This document shows, one piece after another, positions 14,883 to 27,335 of a stretch of 64,000 nucleotides of DNA. A model generated the notes under the pieces. It did no database searches and was not told the DNA's origin. It was given only the letters and a program-made list of their open reading frames with translations. Position 1 is the stretch's first letter; every line of letters begins with the position of its first letter. The position numbers and the translations under genes were made by a program. Source of the stretch: Eledone cirrhosa (lineage: Eukaryota); the NCBI GenBank assembly GCA_964016885.1, contig OZ024742.1, positions 203,422,001 through 203,486,000 of the forward strand, written 5' to 3'.

Positions 14883-15656
14883 TATAGAGAATGATACTTT
14901 GATATAAAGTCTAAAGATCGTAGAATTTCTGATCGTGTCATCGAATGCTGGATCATTAGAAGGAAAATGAAAGCACATGGCATAGAAGTTAAATTGTTAC
15001 GGTCACAATCATAAGGTCTTGAACGTTATACTTTATTTCACGTTACTCTTCGTGATAGGGCTGGAGTCCCTATTATTAGAAAATCCAAGAAACCTATGAG
15101 AGATAAACACGTGGGAGGCCAGCTAAACTGGAATAGGTGTGAAGTTTAACAACAAACATATATATATGTGATAAGGACATTAAGGAAACGTATTGAAATG
15201 TAAACTCGTATGAGGCCACTTAAACCTGCAGAGATGTGAGCTATATCAAAAATGACAAGATATATATGTGATATGACTGAGGGCCCTATGATTAAAACAC
15301 ACAAGAAATGTAACTTCGTAAGAGCTTAGCTAAAGCTGCATACGTATGGACTGTAAATACTTCGTTGCAAAGCAAGGTGGCTTCTCTCTAGAAGAGAATT
15401 CAGTTGTGTGTACGCTTCATCACATAAGAACATTTTAGAAATGCAAACACACAGAGAATCGTTCAAAAGTGGAATAAGCATTAACGAAGTTTTCAGTAAA
15501 CAATAAATATGTATAAACTATACAAGACGTATTGAATACTCTTCATACATATTCCTGTTTGGACAATTCCTTATGCCATATAACATACAAGCAACATACA
15601 CACAGACACACACACACATACACACACACACACACGCATATATATACATACATACA

Positions 15657-15692
<36 letters not shown>

Positions 15693-16077
15693 TATAAGCA
15701 ATGAGTTATTTAATTTGTTGATTATTCAACACATTTAGTTTATAACAGATTAGAAGCCCTCTACAATATTTCTTCTGGAGTATAATATCAATAATATTTG
15801 TTTCTACTTTAGGCACAAGGCCAGCAATTACCCAGTTCATTACTGGTACTTTATTTTATCGACCCCGTAATATTAATAGTTGACTATTCAAACAACGCCA
15901 AACGATGATCTTGTTTTGAATATATCACTATCTGTAAAACAACTTTTATATCTTATCTGATGAGTGCGCACCAAAAATGTTGGTAACCTTGAAATATATA
16001 TAATAAAATAAATATGGTTTTATAAAGATAGTTTCCATTTATTAATATCATTGATATATATATATATATATATATAT

Positions 16078-16156
16078 TGGGTGTCTAAAAAAATGTATAC
16101 ACAGATTTATTTGAACGATGCTGAAGTGTGTATGCATTCTTTGGGGACGCCCTGTA
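16078..16156. mobile_element. Tiny Tc1/mariner-type MITE
   Basis: gggtgtctaaaaaaatgtatacac ... gtgtatgcattctttggggacgccctgTA form imperfect TIRs in TA context; a similar right end (gtgtataaattgtttgggacaccctgta) occurs at ~42375-42402. Confidence 0.55.
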
Positions 16157-16505
16157 TATATATATATATGTGTGGGTGTGTGTGTGTGTGTGTGTGTGTG
16201 TGAGTGTGTGAGTGTGTGTGTGTGTATGTATGTGTATGTATACATACCATACACAGTGCCGTTGTGACTATTATTGTTGTTGTTATTGTTGTTCGTGACG
16301 TTAGTGTTGTTTCTGTTGCTGCTACTGCTGCTGCTGCTGCTGCTGCTGCTGTTGTTACTGCTACTGCTGCTGCTGTTGCTACAACTTCTGATGTTGTTGT
16401 TGTTGTCGTTATCAGACAGTAACTCCTATTCTTTCTGCAATCTAAAATCTAAATTTGTCCAATGAAATGTTAAGTAGGTCATTTGGTGTAAGATTTTCTT
16501 CATCC

Positions 16506-16570
16506 GTTGCTATAGTAACATTGACCATGTGGTGTGGAGTTGTAGTTGTCTTGTTGCCATGGAAACCAAT
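16506..16570. promoter_or_regulatory. Pair of RFX X-box motifs with an adjacent CCAAT
   Basis: GTTGCTATAGTAAC (16506-16519) and GTTGCCATGGAAAC (16553-16566) fit the X-box consensus; both lie in non-repetitive sequence. Confidence 0.5.
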
Positions 16571-16699
16571 GGTCAGATCTTCTCTGCCAACATTTTAATA
16601 GGTTCCATAATTATGTTAATGTGGCCGTTCTGGAAAGTTAACTAATATTAATTGACATCGATGTCTTAAATTAACCATTTCTAAAATATCAATACATAC

Positions 16700-16731
<32 letters not shown>

Positions 16732-16861
16732 GAAACAGTTCTAGTCCTGTAGAATCTCATCTATATTAAAACTTTTATACTCTGCAATGTATTGAGTACC
16801 TTACTTACTGTGGTTACCTCCGATTCAACCCGGAATAACGTACTTATATATATATATATAT

Positions 16862-16972
16862 AGAAAAAGAGATGAAATCGAAAATCCAACTGGAGTCTTA
16901 TTTTTTTTTTAAATATATATATTTTAAAAAAAAATAAGACTCCAGTTGCATTTTCGATTTCATCTCTTTTTC
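16862..16972. repeat. ~110-bp near-perfect palindrome next to (TA)n
   Basis: agaaaaagagatgaaatcgaaaatccaactggagtcttatttt / aaaataagactccagttgcattttcgatttcatctctttttct. Confidence 0.85.
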
Positions 16973-17061
16973 TTTATACTTTCACTCGTGTAGGACACCT
17001 CGGTTATTTTTCATTTTGTAAAAAAAAACCTCACTTTCTAATATATATATATATATATATG

Positions 17062-17150
<89 letters not shown>

Positions 17151-17153
<3 letters not shown>

Positions 17154-17272
17154 GGTAGTAGAGTGGGTAATAGGAGTAAGTAAGACCCCGACGGCTGAGC
17201 TCAAGCCGTTTCGATGGCTAATACAGAATTAGCCGTCGAAACGGCTTGAGCTCCGTCGGGGTCTTACTTACT

Positions 17273-17275
<3 letters not shown>
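17151..17275 (-). mobile_element. Fold-back element, GACCCCGACGG family
   Basis: tagggtagtagagtgggtaatagg tail fragment plus hairpin gaccccgacgg...ccgtcggggtc, between (TA)n tracts. Confidence 0.75.
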
Positions 17276-17335
<60 letters not shown>

Positions 17336-17513
17336 CGTTTCTGAATTTGTTTAGCAAGATTCTTTATCTGAAATCGTGTGTTGAAACCGATATTGTTGCC
17401 AATAAGAAACACACGCATCAGTTGCTTTCACTTCAATTTATTATAATAAACTTATAAATTTATAAATTTCTGGTTGGTTGTTTGGTTCCACAACCAGATA
17501 GTTGTTTATATAT

Positions 17514-17558
17514 AGTCATAGTTCTTTCGTCACACACTCTGTGACCTCTTCAGTGACT
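17514..17558 (-). ncRNA. Minimal type I hammerhead ribozyme (pLTR)
   Basis: Minus strand reads agtca CTGAAGA g gtcaca gagtg tgtgac GAAA g aa c TA tgact: stem I agtca/tgact, stem II gtcaca/tgtgac, very short stem III. Confidence 0.7.
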
Positions 17559-17758
17559 GGGGATTCCTTTCTTTGTTTCTGTGCCTCTCCTTTGTTCTGT
17601 CCTACGCCATTTTGTTTCTGTGTGTGTGTTGTGTGCTCAGTCTGCGCATGCGCCACATCCGGGTGTCTGCGTGTGTTTATGTTCATTTATTTATTTGTTT
17701 ATTTACATGTTACTGGTTGGTTGTTTGTTCTATGTGTGAGTGTGTTTTCATTTTGTCC

Positions 17759-18120
17759 TTAATTGTAAGTTGTGATGTTGCTGTTCCACTCATATTCTCT
17801 ATTTAATTTTGGTTGTAATTCTTTTATGTTTATTGCCTCTGTAATTTGTCTAAACATTGCGTCTTTTCTGTGTGTAGATTCTATTTTTATTTCTATATAC
17901 TCTAATTTACCCTTGTGTTCTATTTTAGCATGTTGGTAGAGTACAGATGATTCTTTACTATCTTGAAGGTCTCGCCAGTGTTCATTTATCCGTTCCCCTA
18001 CACTACGAGCTGGCTCACCTATGTACACTATTTTTTTGTCTCTACATTGTCCTTCAGTACATCTTATGCTATACACTACATTTCTAGTTTTACAGTTAAT
18101 ATGGGGGCTTATTTTACAGG
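17759..18120 (-). pseudogene. GIY-YIG endonuclease C-terminal fragment of a Penelope-like element
   Basis: Translation CKTRNVVYSIRCTEGQC...YIGEPARSVGERINEH...RQITEAINIKELQPKLNREYEW contains VVY/YIG motifs and conserved R, H, E and N residues. Confidence 0.88.
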
Positions 18121-18176
18121 TTTATGGCGTAGGACAGAACAAAGGAGAGGCACAGAAACAAAGAAAGGAATCCCCT

Positions 18177-18219
18177 GTCACTGAAGAGGTTACAGAGTGT
18201 GTGACGAAAGAACTATGAC
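18177..18219 (+). ncRNA. Minimal type I hammerhead ribozyme (inverted pLTR copy)
   Basis: gtca CTGAAGA g gttaca gagtg tgtgac GAAA gaac TA tgac. Confidence 0.65.
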
Positions 18220-18390
18220 TATATATAAACAACTATCTGGTTGTGGAACCAACCAACCAACCAGAAATTTATAAATTTATAAATTTATTATAAATTTATT
18301 ATAATAAATTGAAGTGAAAGCAACTGGTGCGTGTGTTTCTTATTGGCAACATGACCCTCCCAAAGTATAACAATATATATATATACATAT

Positions 18391-18624
18391 ATAGGAAAAT
18401 GTTCAAGACCCCGACGCCAGAGCTCCAGCCGTTTCGACCACTATTTCTGGACTAAATTACATTTTTAGAAAAAATCTAATTTAGTCCAGAAATAGCCGTC
18501 GAAACGGCTTGGACTCTGCCGTCGGGGTCTTGAACATTTCCCTATTACCCACTCTACAACCCTAAGTATTGAGTACTCTGGTGAGTTATGGTCCACCTGG
18601 TTCCTTACCACACTTCCTTCGTTA
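18391..18624 (+). mobile_element. Fold-back element, GACCCCGACGG family
   Basis: Hairpin 18391-18545 with longer arms (to ctggactaaatt) plus the shared tail ccctaagtattgagtactctggtg...ttccttcgtta. Confidence 0.8.
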
Positions 18625-18625
18625 T

Positions 18626-18740
<115 letters not shown>

Positions 18741-19190
18741 CGGAAAAATGAAACAAAATTTCATTTCCCACTCTTAGTACGGCTGTTACTTAAATATAAG
18801 TATGTACACACACACACGCGCATACACACATATATATATGCGGGGGAATTTTAAATTTGAAATGTAGTCTTTCTAACGCAAATGACTATAATAATAGTCG
18901 ATCACTATAATAGTTGAAACAATCGGATAAAATACCTCTGGAGACGGGGCTAGGGGGTACTTTACCCGATTTTTCTAAAAATAACCCGATTTAAAAAAAC
19001 ACTGATCGACTATAAATTTACTCACATGAGTTGGGACTATTACATTTCAAATATGTCTGATGACATATCTATAACTGTTTCTACTTTTGGCACCCTCTCC
19101 CCTTACTCCTTTCTTTCTTCCATCGTCTAGTATTCCTCTTTTTTTTATATTGTAACTAAATTAGAGGTAAATTAATTGCTTTTTAATAAT

Positions 19191-19383
19191 AATTGTTTCT
19201 ATTTTTGGCACAAGGCCAGCAATTACCACAGTGCATAACTGCTACTTTATTTTATCGACCCCGTAAGGATGAAAGGTAAAGTTAACCTCGGCGGGATTTG
19301 AACACAGATCATAAAGGGCCAGAACTCTATGCTGAAAAGCATGGTGTCTGACGCACCACCGATACTGTCAATCCACCGGTGCC
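19191..19383 (-). mobile_element. SINE family B copy
   Basis: Reverse complement of the family B consensus from aattgtttct to ccaccgg. Confidence 0.85.
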
Positions 19384-19866
19384 TCTCTGGTTCATATTGT
19401 TACACATGTACACACATACACAGATATTTAGATGATAAAACTGTGGTATCTTGTTTATTCCCTTATGTTCGTAGGTAATTGTACTATAGCTCCTAGACTG
19501 AGTTCGCTAACTTCATTAGATTGAAGAACAATAACAGTGCAGATGCACGCACGTCTTGCAGCCTTGATATCCTGTGATTCTCTTCAGTTTGCACAAGTTT
19601 GACTGTAATATCTTTCTTTCATGCTTGCGTGCAACTATGCCTAGTTTAACCTACTTCTGACGTCAGAATCTATATCAGACTCCACCTGTCACACACACAT
19701 ATATATTATAAATGAATATACATATATATTCTATATTAATATATATATATATATATAAATATATATTTCGTATCTCCAAAGAAATACAGTTTTAGGAAGC
19801 CGTAGCTATACAAACACCGGGGGGCTAACTCCCTCTGGCGATGTCTAGCAGAAGCAAGGGGGACAA

Positions 19867-19908
19867 CCGTCTATGCATTTCAGGCTTAACTGGCCTTCGT
19901 CAGGACGG
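19867..19908 (-). ncRNA. Minimal type I hammerhead ribozyme
   Basis: ccgtc CTGACGA aggc cagttaa gcct GAAA tgca TA gacgg: stem I ccgtc/gacgg, stem II aggc/gcct, palindromic stem III ATGCAT, predicted AUA cleavage site. Confidence 0.85.
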
Positions 19909-20231
19909 TCCCTCCCACCGCTTGCGACTGCTGGACTAGAAGACAGCCGAGAATATATACATTTCTCGTCTGTGTAAATGAGGTGATTAATCTCATTTGC
20001 ATATGAAGCTGCATAAGTTGGCTCAAATTATAATAAAAAAGAAATAGGATTTCGCTTCAAGCATAGCTTTATAGATTATATATAAATATTTCGTATCTCC
20101 TTTTTATTATAATTTGAGCCAACTTATGCAGCTTCATATGCAAATGAGATTAATCACCTCATTTACACAGACGAGAAAAGTATATATTCTCGCCTGTCTT
20201 CTAGTCCAGCAGTCGCAAGCGGTGTGAGGGA

Positions 20232-20273
20232 CGGTCCTGACGAAGGCCAGTTAAGCCTGAAATGCATAGACGG
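20232..20273 (+). ncRNA. Minimal type I hammerhead ribozyme (inverted copy)
   Basis: cggtc CTGACGA aggc cagttaa gcct GAAA tgca TA gacgg; one stem I mismatch. Confidence 0.8.
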
Positions 20274-20514
20274 TTGCCACCTTGCTTCTGCTAGACATCG
20301 CCAGAGGGAGTTAGCACCCCATCCCCCACCCCCGGTGTTTGCATAGCTACGGCTTCCTAAAACTGTATTTCTTTGGAGATACGAAATATTTATACATATT
20401 GTATAAAGCTGTGCTTGAAGCGAAATCCTATTTCTTTCTTTTTTATATATATATATATATATTATACAGTATATATGTATTGGGAAATGTATGCGTGCGT
20501 GTTTGAGCGTCTGC

Positions 20515-20553
<39 letters not shown>

Positions 20554-20921
20554 ATTTATATATATATATGTTTGTGTGGTGTGCTATTTATAGTATGCAA
20601 TATATACATGTGTTCGCAAATTCCTAAAGGTAAAAATATATAGTTGTGCCTCGAAAGTTACTAGTGATTTACCTGTTGTGTGTGATTGTATTTACGTATC
20701 TATATCTGTGTACGTACCTATATGTATTTTTATATATGTGGGCGCTCGCGAGTATTTAGACACGCACACACGCGCATAGACATACACGCAGACACATACA
20801 CGCAGACACATACGCTTACGCAAAAATAATTAGCTCCGGTTTCAGCTACAACAATTGTATAATATCTATGAGAATACTCATATTCTCTGTGTTCGTGTGT
20901 CTGTGTGTTAACTCTGTATAT

Positions 20922-21190
20922 GTGAAGGTGCGTGGCTTTGTATTCAGGGAGTTTATTACACCCCTAGGGGCCCGTTGTGCCCTTGCATAAGTTACTTTAT
21001 TGCATGCTGCTCTGTTCAATCAGTTGGTAAAGACTGTGATAAAAGGCCAGCCATGTCACCCAGTGTGTTACGCTGAATCTCCCTAAGAATTACGAAATTC
21101 TCAGCCACTTGACGTTAATCTTGTGGGCATTTACCGTAGATTAAACAGAAGCAGGCCTTGTTGGAACCGACGGAAATCCAACAGAAACAT
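20922..21190 (+). mobile_element. Diverged CORE-like SINE (family A-related, different tail)
   Basis: gtgaaggtgcgtggct head and ttgtgcccttgcataagttacttta core; its tail resembles diverged segments at ~34170-34300 (+) and ~53790-53960 (-). Confidence 0.55.
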
Positions 21191-21354
21191 TAAGTATACA
21201 TATATATATATATATATATATATGCATATATGCTTGTCTTCATTTATTTGTGTTACGTCGTTATAACCCAGTAAATATATATAAGATCAATCATATCGAA
21301 AATACACACACATATATTTATATTTGCTTGTAAACTTTAACGTGCGGATTTGTA

Positions 21355-22790
21355 CCAGGTTTTGTTGACCTCACCAAAGATTGGAGTTATGCAAGGGGAA
21401 TGGCCCCAGCACCAACCTCTCTATCTTCCCTCTCTTGACTCTCACCTATGCGTTTCAGACTTGCGATGTTGGTGTGTATCTGCGTTTCAGTACCATGGTT
21501 AAGGTCCTTAACTAGACACGCTTTAGGACCAAAACAAAGACTTTTCAGTCATTCATCAGAGAGCCGTTCTATGCTGACGATGCAGACCTTGTTCCTCATA
21601 CCGTGGCGGACAGGCAGGCAATCATGGACCTGTTTTCTGGGACAAGCACTGCTTTCAGGATTACTGTCAACACAGAATGTATACACTACCTCCCGAGTAA
21701 CATTACGCCCAACATCTTTCTTCACGGTCAGAAGTTGAAGCTTATTGACACATATGTCTACCTTCGTAGTGCTCTCTCCAGAGATGGTTCATTGGCCTCT
21801 GAAATCAAACTAAGGACCGAAAAAGCCAGCAAAGCATTCAGTAAGCTGGAGGGACGAGTCTGGTCGGACAGGGGCATCTCATTTGGCAGTAAGATAAGTG
21901 TCTACCAATCCTGAGTCTTGACTACTTTCTCTTGGACACTTCTGAGACTTGGACCACATCCCGACATCATATCAAAACATTGGAAAGATTCCACCAAAAA
22001 TGCCTAAGGAGTATTTTGAACATTAAGTGGCAGTTATTTACACCTGCCACCGTTGTTCTGCAGCGGAACAATACATCCAGCATAGAAAAACTACTCATTC
22101 AAATCCAATTGCTTTGGCTAGGGCATCTAAGGCAAATTGGATATGGAGAGTTGCCTAAGCGAATTTAGTATGCAGAGTTACCCCTTGGTAAACGCCCCAA
22201 ACACAAATCCAAGAAACATTTCGTCAAAGACAATCTGAAGACACTTGGTATTAATATTGATGTTTGGGAAGAAGAATCAGAGAGTAGATCTGGTTGGAGA
22301 AGTCTGGTTTATAATGTCTGTGATCGCTTTGAGGTCAAAAGGACTGTACATTCAGTGTTTAAAAGAGCACTCAGAAAAGGTGATGTTGACTCAGACCCAG
22401 AGGATATCCGATTGGAGCATGTTTGGAACATCTGTAGAAAGGCTGTTCTTTCTCGTGCTGGGAATATTTGTCATTTAAGAGCTCACAGAAATCAGCAATC
22501 TGAGGCTGATTATGTTGATGTCTTCCCTGAAAAACCTGTGAGGTATTCCTGTGAGATTTGCAACAACGCCTGTAGGTCTGCTGCTGAACTCAAGCGGCAC
22601 ATGAGAGTGCATAAGGGGCAAGTTAAATTCAGGATTATCTGGGAGCCTCATGTGTCCCACATTTGTAAAACTGTTTGCAAAAGTGGGGCAGGTTTGTGGA
22701 GTCATTCGCAAGCTCATGGCCGTTCAACACAACCTCAAAGAGATGACTCTCTTCTGTAAGGAAATGGCAGTTAACACATATGCACATTCG
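21355..22790 (+). mobile_element. 5'-truncated, degenerate RTE-clade LINE (RT C-terminus plus C2H2 zinc-finger tail)
   Basis: FYADDAD at ~21567, then EIKLRTEKASKAFSKLEGRVW, SETWT...LERFHQKCLRSILNIKWQ and CEICNNACRSAAELKRHMRVH; multiple stops and frameshifts. Confidence 0.88.
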
Positions 22791-23092
22791 GGTTTACAAA
22801 CAAGGAAAGCTTCTCTATACCAAAGCAGAGAATACTGTATATTTATTATATTACTCAGATTACTTTCTGTTGCTATTCTGATCTTTCACGGAATGCCGCT
22901 GATCACGGAACAGAAAATAATTTTTTACATGACACAGTATATATGGCAAATATAATGGGTATGGCTAATATAGAAATAAACTAGATAGGATGACACATCC
23001 AGACTATTTTTATTCTTCTGTTAAGTTTGCATAGAGAACCCTAATGACTTGGTTTTATATTCTCACTCTAGTCTTCGTGTAAATGAATGTCT

Positions 23093-23197
<105 letters not shown>

Positions 23198-23386
23198 TGT
23201 GTGTGTGTGTGCGCGTGTTGTGTGTGTGTATCGAAGGAATATCTTCACTAATTTGACATTTCCTGTTTTTTATAGCTTATGGCTATATTGAAATAAAGAT
23301 TGTATATGTGTGTGTGTGTATACATGTTACTGTGTATATATGGGTATACATAGATAAAGAGTCTGGTGACGTGTGTATGGCTGTGT

Positions 23387-23428
<42 letters not shown>

Positions 23429-23756
23429 GCCTGTGCAGAAATTTACGTACATGTATGTACACACACATATTATATTTATCTATCTATATATTTATGTATA
23501 TATACATATACACACACATATGAATATATACACTCATACACATATGCATACATATAGATATACATATATGTGTGCACGTGTATATAAATATATACGTGTG
23601 TATGCACATGTGTTTGCATGTTTGTGAATGCATGTGTGTATGTGTGTTGTTATTTTTAGCCAGTCATCACTTGACCCACAAATACGAGTTGCTAATTTTT
23701 ACATTCTCCTCTACGAACGAAAATTCCTAACAAATACTTTTACAGCAGGATTGCGT

Positions 23757-23823
<67 letters not shown>

Positions 23824-23886
23824 TACAACAATTTCTATACTTTTCATTTATATATATATATATATATATACACACAGACACACACG

Positions 23887-23925
<39 letters not shown>

Positions 23926-24197
23926 TTATGCATACACACACACATACACACTTAGAGGTGAGACTTGGGGGTGGGCAGGGGGGATGTTAAACAATCTCCT
24001 AAAAATAGTTGCTAAACTCCCTCAAATCCCACAGTACTCTCGTAAATCAGGTCAGAAACATTAGACAATATAGCCCTAGATATATAGAAACACGCGGTCA
24101 TAAATGGGACACGTTTGGTCGTTCGTGTATTCAATCAGCGACGACCTACAGCTAAAGAACAATCATAATAACAATAATATGATGTTACTACTTTCTC

Positions 24198-24515
24198 GTG
24201 AAGGGGCATGTCTTAGTTTTTAGAGCAATGGGTTTGCAGTCGAAAGGTTGTGAGTTCGATTCTCGGATGATTCCGGGTGATGCGTTGTGTCCTTAAGCAA
24301 TACATTTTATTTCACGTTGCTCCAGTTTGTTCAGCTGTAGAAATGAGTTGCTATGTCACTGGTGCCATAGCCTTTCCCTTGGACATCCTCGGTGGCGTGG
24401 AGAGGGGAGGCTGGTATGCATGGGCGACTGCTGGTCTTCCTTAAAACTTGTGTGCCTCGGAGCGAAAGTTTCTAGGTGCAAATCACATGGTCATTTGTGA
24501 CCGAATAGGCTCTTC
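24198..24515 (+). mobile_element. SINE family A, near full-length
   Basis: gttgtgagttcgattc B box and ttgtgtccttaagcaatacattttatttcacgttgctcc core are colinear with 1645-1770. Confidence 0.8.
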
Positions 24516-25214
24516 GACTACTTTCTCTCTCTTGTAACCATGACTTCGAATTTAAATAGAGGCAGAAACAGACTATGTAATAATTGTTTCTACGTTAGGT
24601 ACAAGGCCAGCAAATACCCAGTGTATTACTGGTACTTTATTTTATCGACCCCGTAAGGATGAAAGGCAAAGTTAACCAAAGTTAACTATGTAATAATGAA
24701 TAATATACTAACATACGCTGCATATGCAGTATGGTATTCAATTTGCCTTTCATCCATTCAAGGTTCATAAAAAAAAATACCAATCTAATACAGGGGTCGA
24801 TTCTTCTTCTGTATCTCTTTCTTATCTTTCTTACTTTCATTCTCGCACTCTATCCTACTCTGTAAGAAATCTGCTGTATTCAGACCTTGAGAGGATTGCG
24901 CTCCGCCAGGTTTTAACATGCTCTGGGAACGCCGTATGTCAATACGGTGCCTCTATGAGAGATACTTCAGGAGATACGGAACCATGCATGCATGCAGTCT
25001 TGGTTATTGAGAGATTATATGTTCAAACATCAAAAGTGCACCACATAAAAGTATGCACTAAAGGTCAAGAATGTGCAGTATCGTTACAACCACACCAGTT
25101 GCAAATATGCATGACGTATAATTAACACACATACACACACATACATATATACACATTCCAGATATCTGGAAAATAATAATTGCACACACACACACATATA
25201 TATGTATCAGAGAG

Positions 25215-25897
<683 letters not shown>

Positions 25898-26437
25898 TAA
25901 CATATGCACGTACATATATATATACACAAGTACACAAACATCACCTTCTTCTTTCAGGGGAATTAAGTGAGCTGGAATCAGACCAATAATTGGACAATAT
26001 TCCAGAAGTGTCTGGCCAACATAAAGACAATTCATGTGAAAATCTAGAGAATTTATTTTATTTTTTCTTCTTTTGTTTTGTTTTTTTATTTGATACGCAA
26101 ACCGTTGGAAAGTGTTCAGTTAAGAAAAAATACTATTGTTTGAATTATTGATCTGCAGGTAAAAACGTGTACTCGAGGTTTGTGTATATGTGTGTATTTG
26201 TTGTATGAATGTGTGTATGTTTGTCAGCATATATATATATGTGTTTGCTTCTCGGTTAGCATGCATGCGTGTGAGTGAATTCGTTCTATATAGACAAGGA
26301 TGTGTGTGTATGTGTGTGTGGGGGGGGGTCTGTGTGTGCGTGTGTCTGTATTTTTGCGAGTGTATGTAACCACAAAGTTGAGATATCCTAAAGAAGAGAT
26401 GAGTTATCCTTTCTTCGAGATTTCCGATACACACACG

Positions 26438-26501
<64 letters not shown>

Positions 26502-26894
26502 AAACACACAAATATATACACATATATAAATACTTAACGTTTAGGTGTTTTACATAAGCACTTTTGATTCAAATATAGCTTTACTTACCTTCTCCTTGAA
26601 AACGTTTGTACGTAAGTATGTATGTAGTAAATGTGTATGTATGAATATATGTATGTATTCATGTATTTATATTTGTATTTCATCATCTACTCTGCAGTAC
26701 TGGTTAATTGTACTTCCCACATATAGAAACTTATTGACTACTTTAAATGTTTGGTCTAGGTAAATGAATGGTTCTATATATGTCGTAAGGAGATACCGGA
26801 ACTGGTTGAAACGTTACTGCAATTTTATCGTGGCTAATAGTTAATGGAATCATAAGTGAAAAGAAGATTGAGAATGAAATTTTAGAGGAATTTA

Positions 26895-27335
26895 GTTTTT
26901 GCAGTGCCTGATGTTGAAATGCTTTCCTGAGGAGCGATACCTGAAGATACCTTCAATACGTTCCTTAAAAGTGTCAATGAGAACCACAGAGAAATAGATA
27001 GAGAAAAGAGGAAGAGTTATTATATCATCCAGCGTAACACTTTTTAATTTTGATTGGCTTTGAGATGATACCACCAATATTGACTCGAGCCTTCATGTCA
27101 TCGTGAAAGGATTTGGTTTTATTAATGTGCTCTGGGCCCCTAACTTGATCTTCCACAAAGTAGCTCTATTTACCGTATCACAGGCTTTCGTTATATCCAA
27201 AAGTGCCTGATACAGTTTCTGGTTTTGTTCATAACACTTTTCTTGGATTTGACGAACTGTAAGGCTCATGTCAATAGTGCCTCATTTAGGGTATTCTGTA
27301 TGAGCTGGCATTAAGCGTGCAACTAAGAAAGGCCA
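26895..27335 (-). mobile_element. Degenerate RTE LINE reverse transcriptase fragment
   Basis: Minus-strand translation GTIDMSLTVRQIQEKCYEQNQKLYQALLDITKACDTVNRATLWKI ... LFSIYFSVVL ... IFRYRSSGKHFNI resembles RTE/BovB RT. Confidence 0.75.

Larger units (their letters stand above)
17336..18373 (-). mobile_element. 5'-truncated Penelope-like element with inverted pseudo-LTR
   Basis: GIY-YIG remnant flanked by inverted repeats 17394-17610 and 18124-18349, each with a hammerhead motif; (TA)n on both sides. Confidence 0.85.
19763..20443. mobile_element. Retrozyme/pLTR-like ~323-bp non-coding unit, two inverted circularly permuted copies
   Basis: atatttcgtatctcc ends at 19777 and again at 20100. 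20101-20443 is the reverse complement and reads through the unit junction. One hammerhead per copy; TA flanks. Confidence 0.8.
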
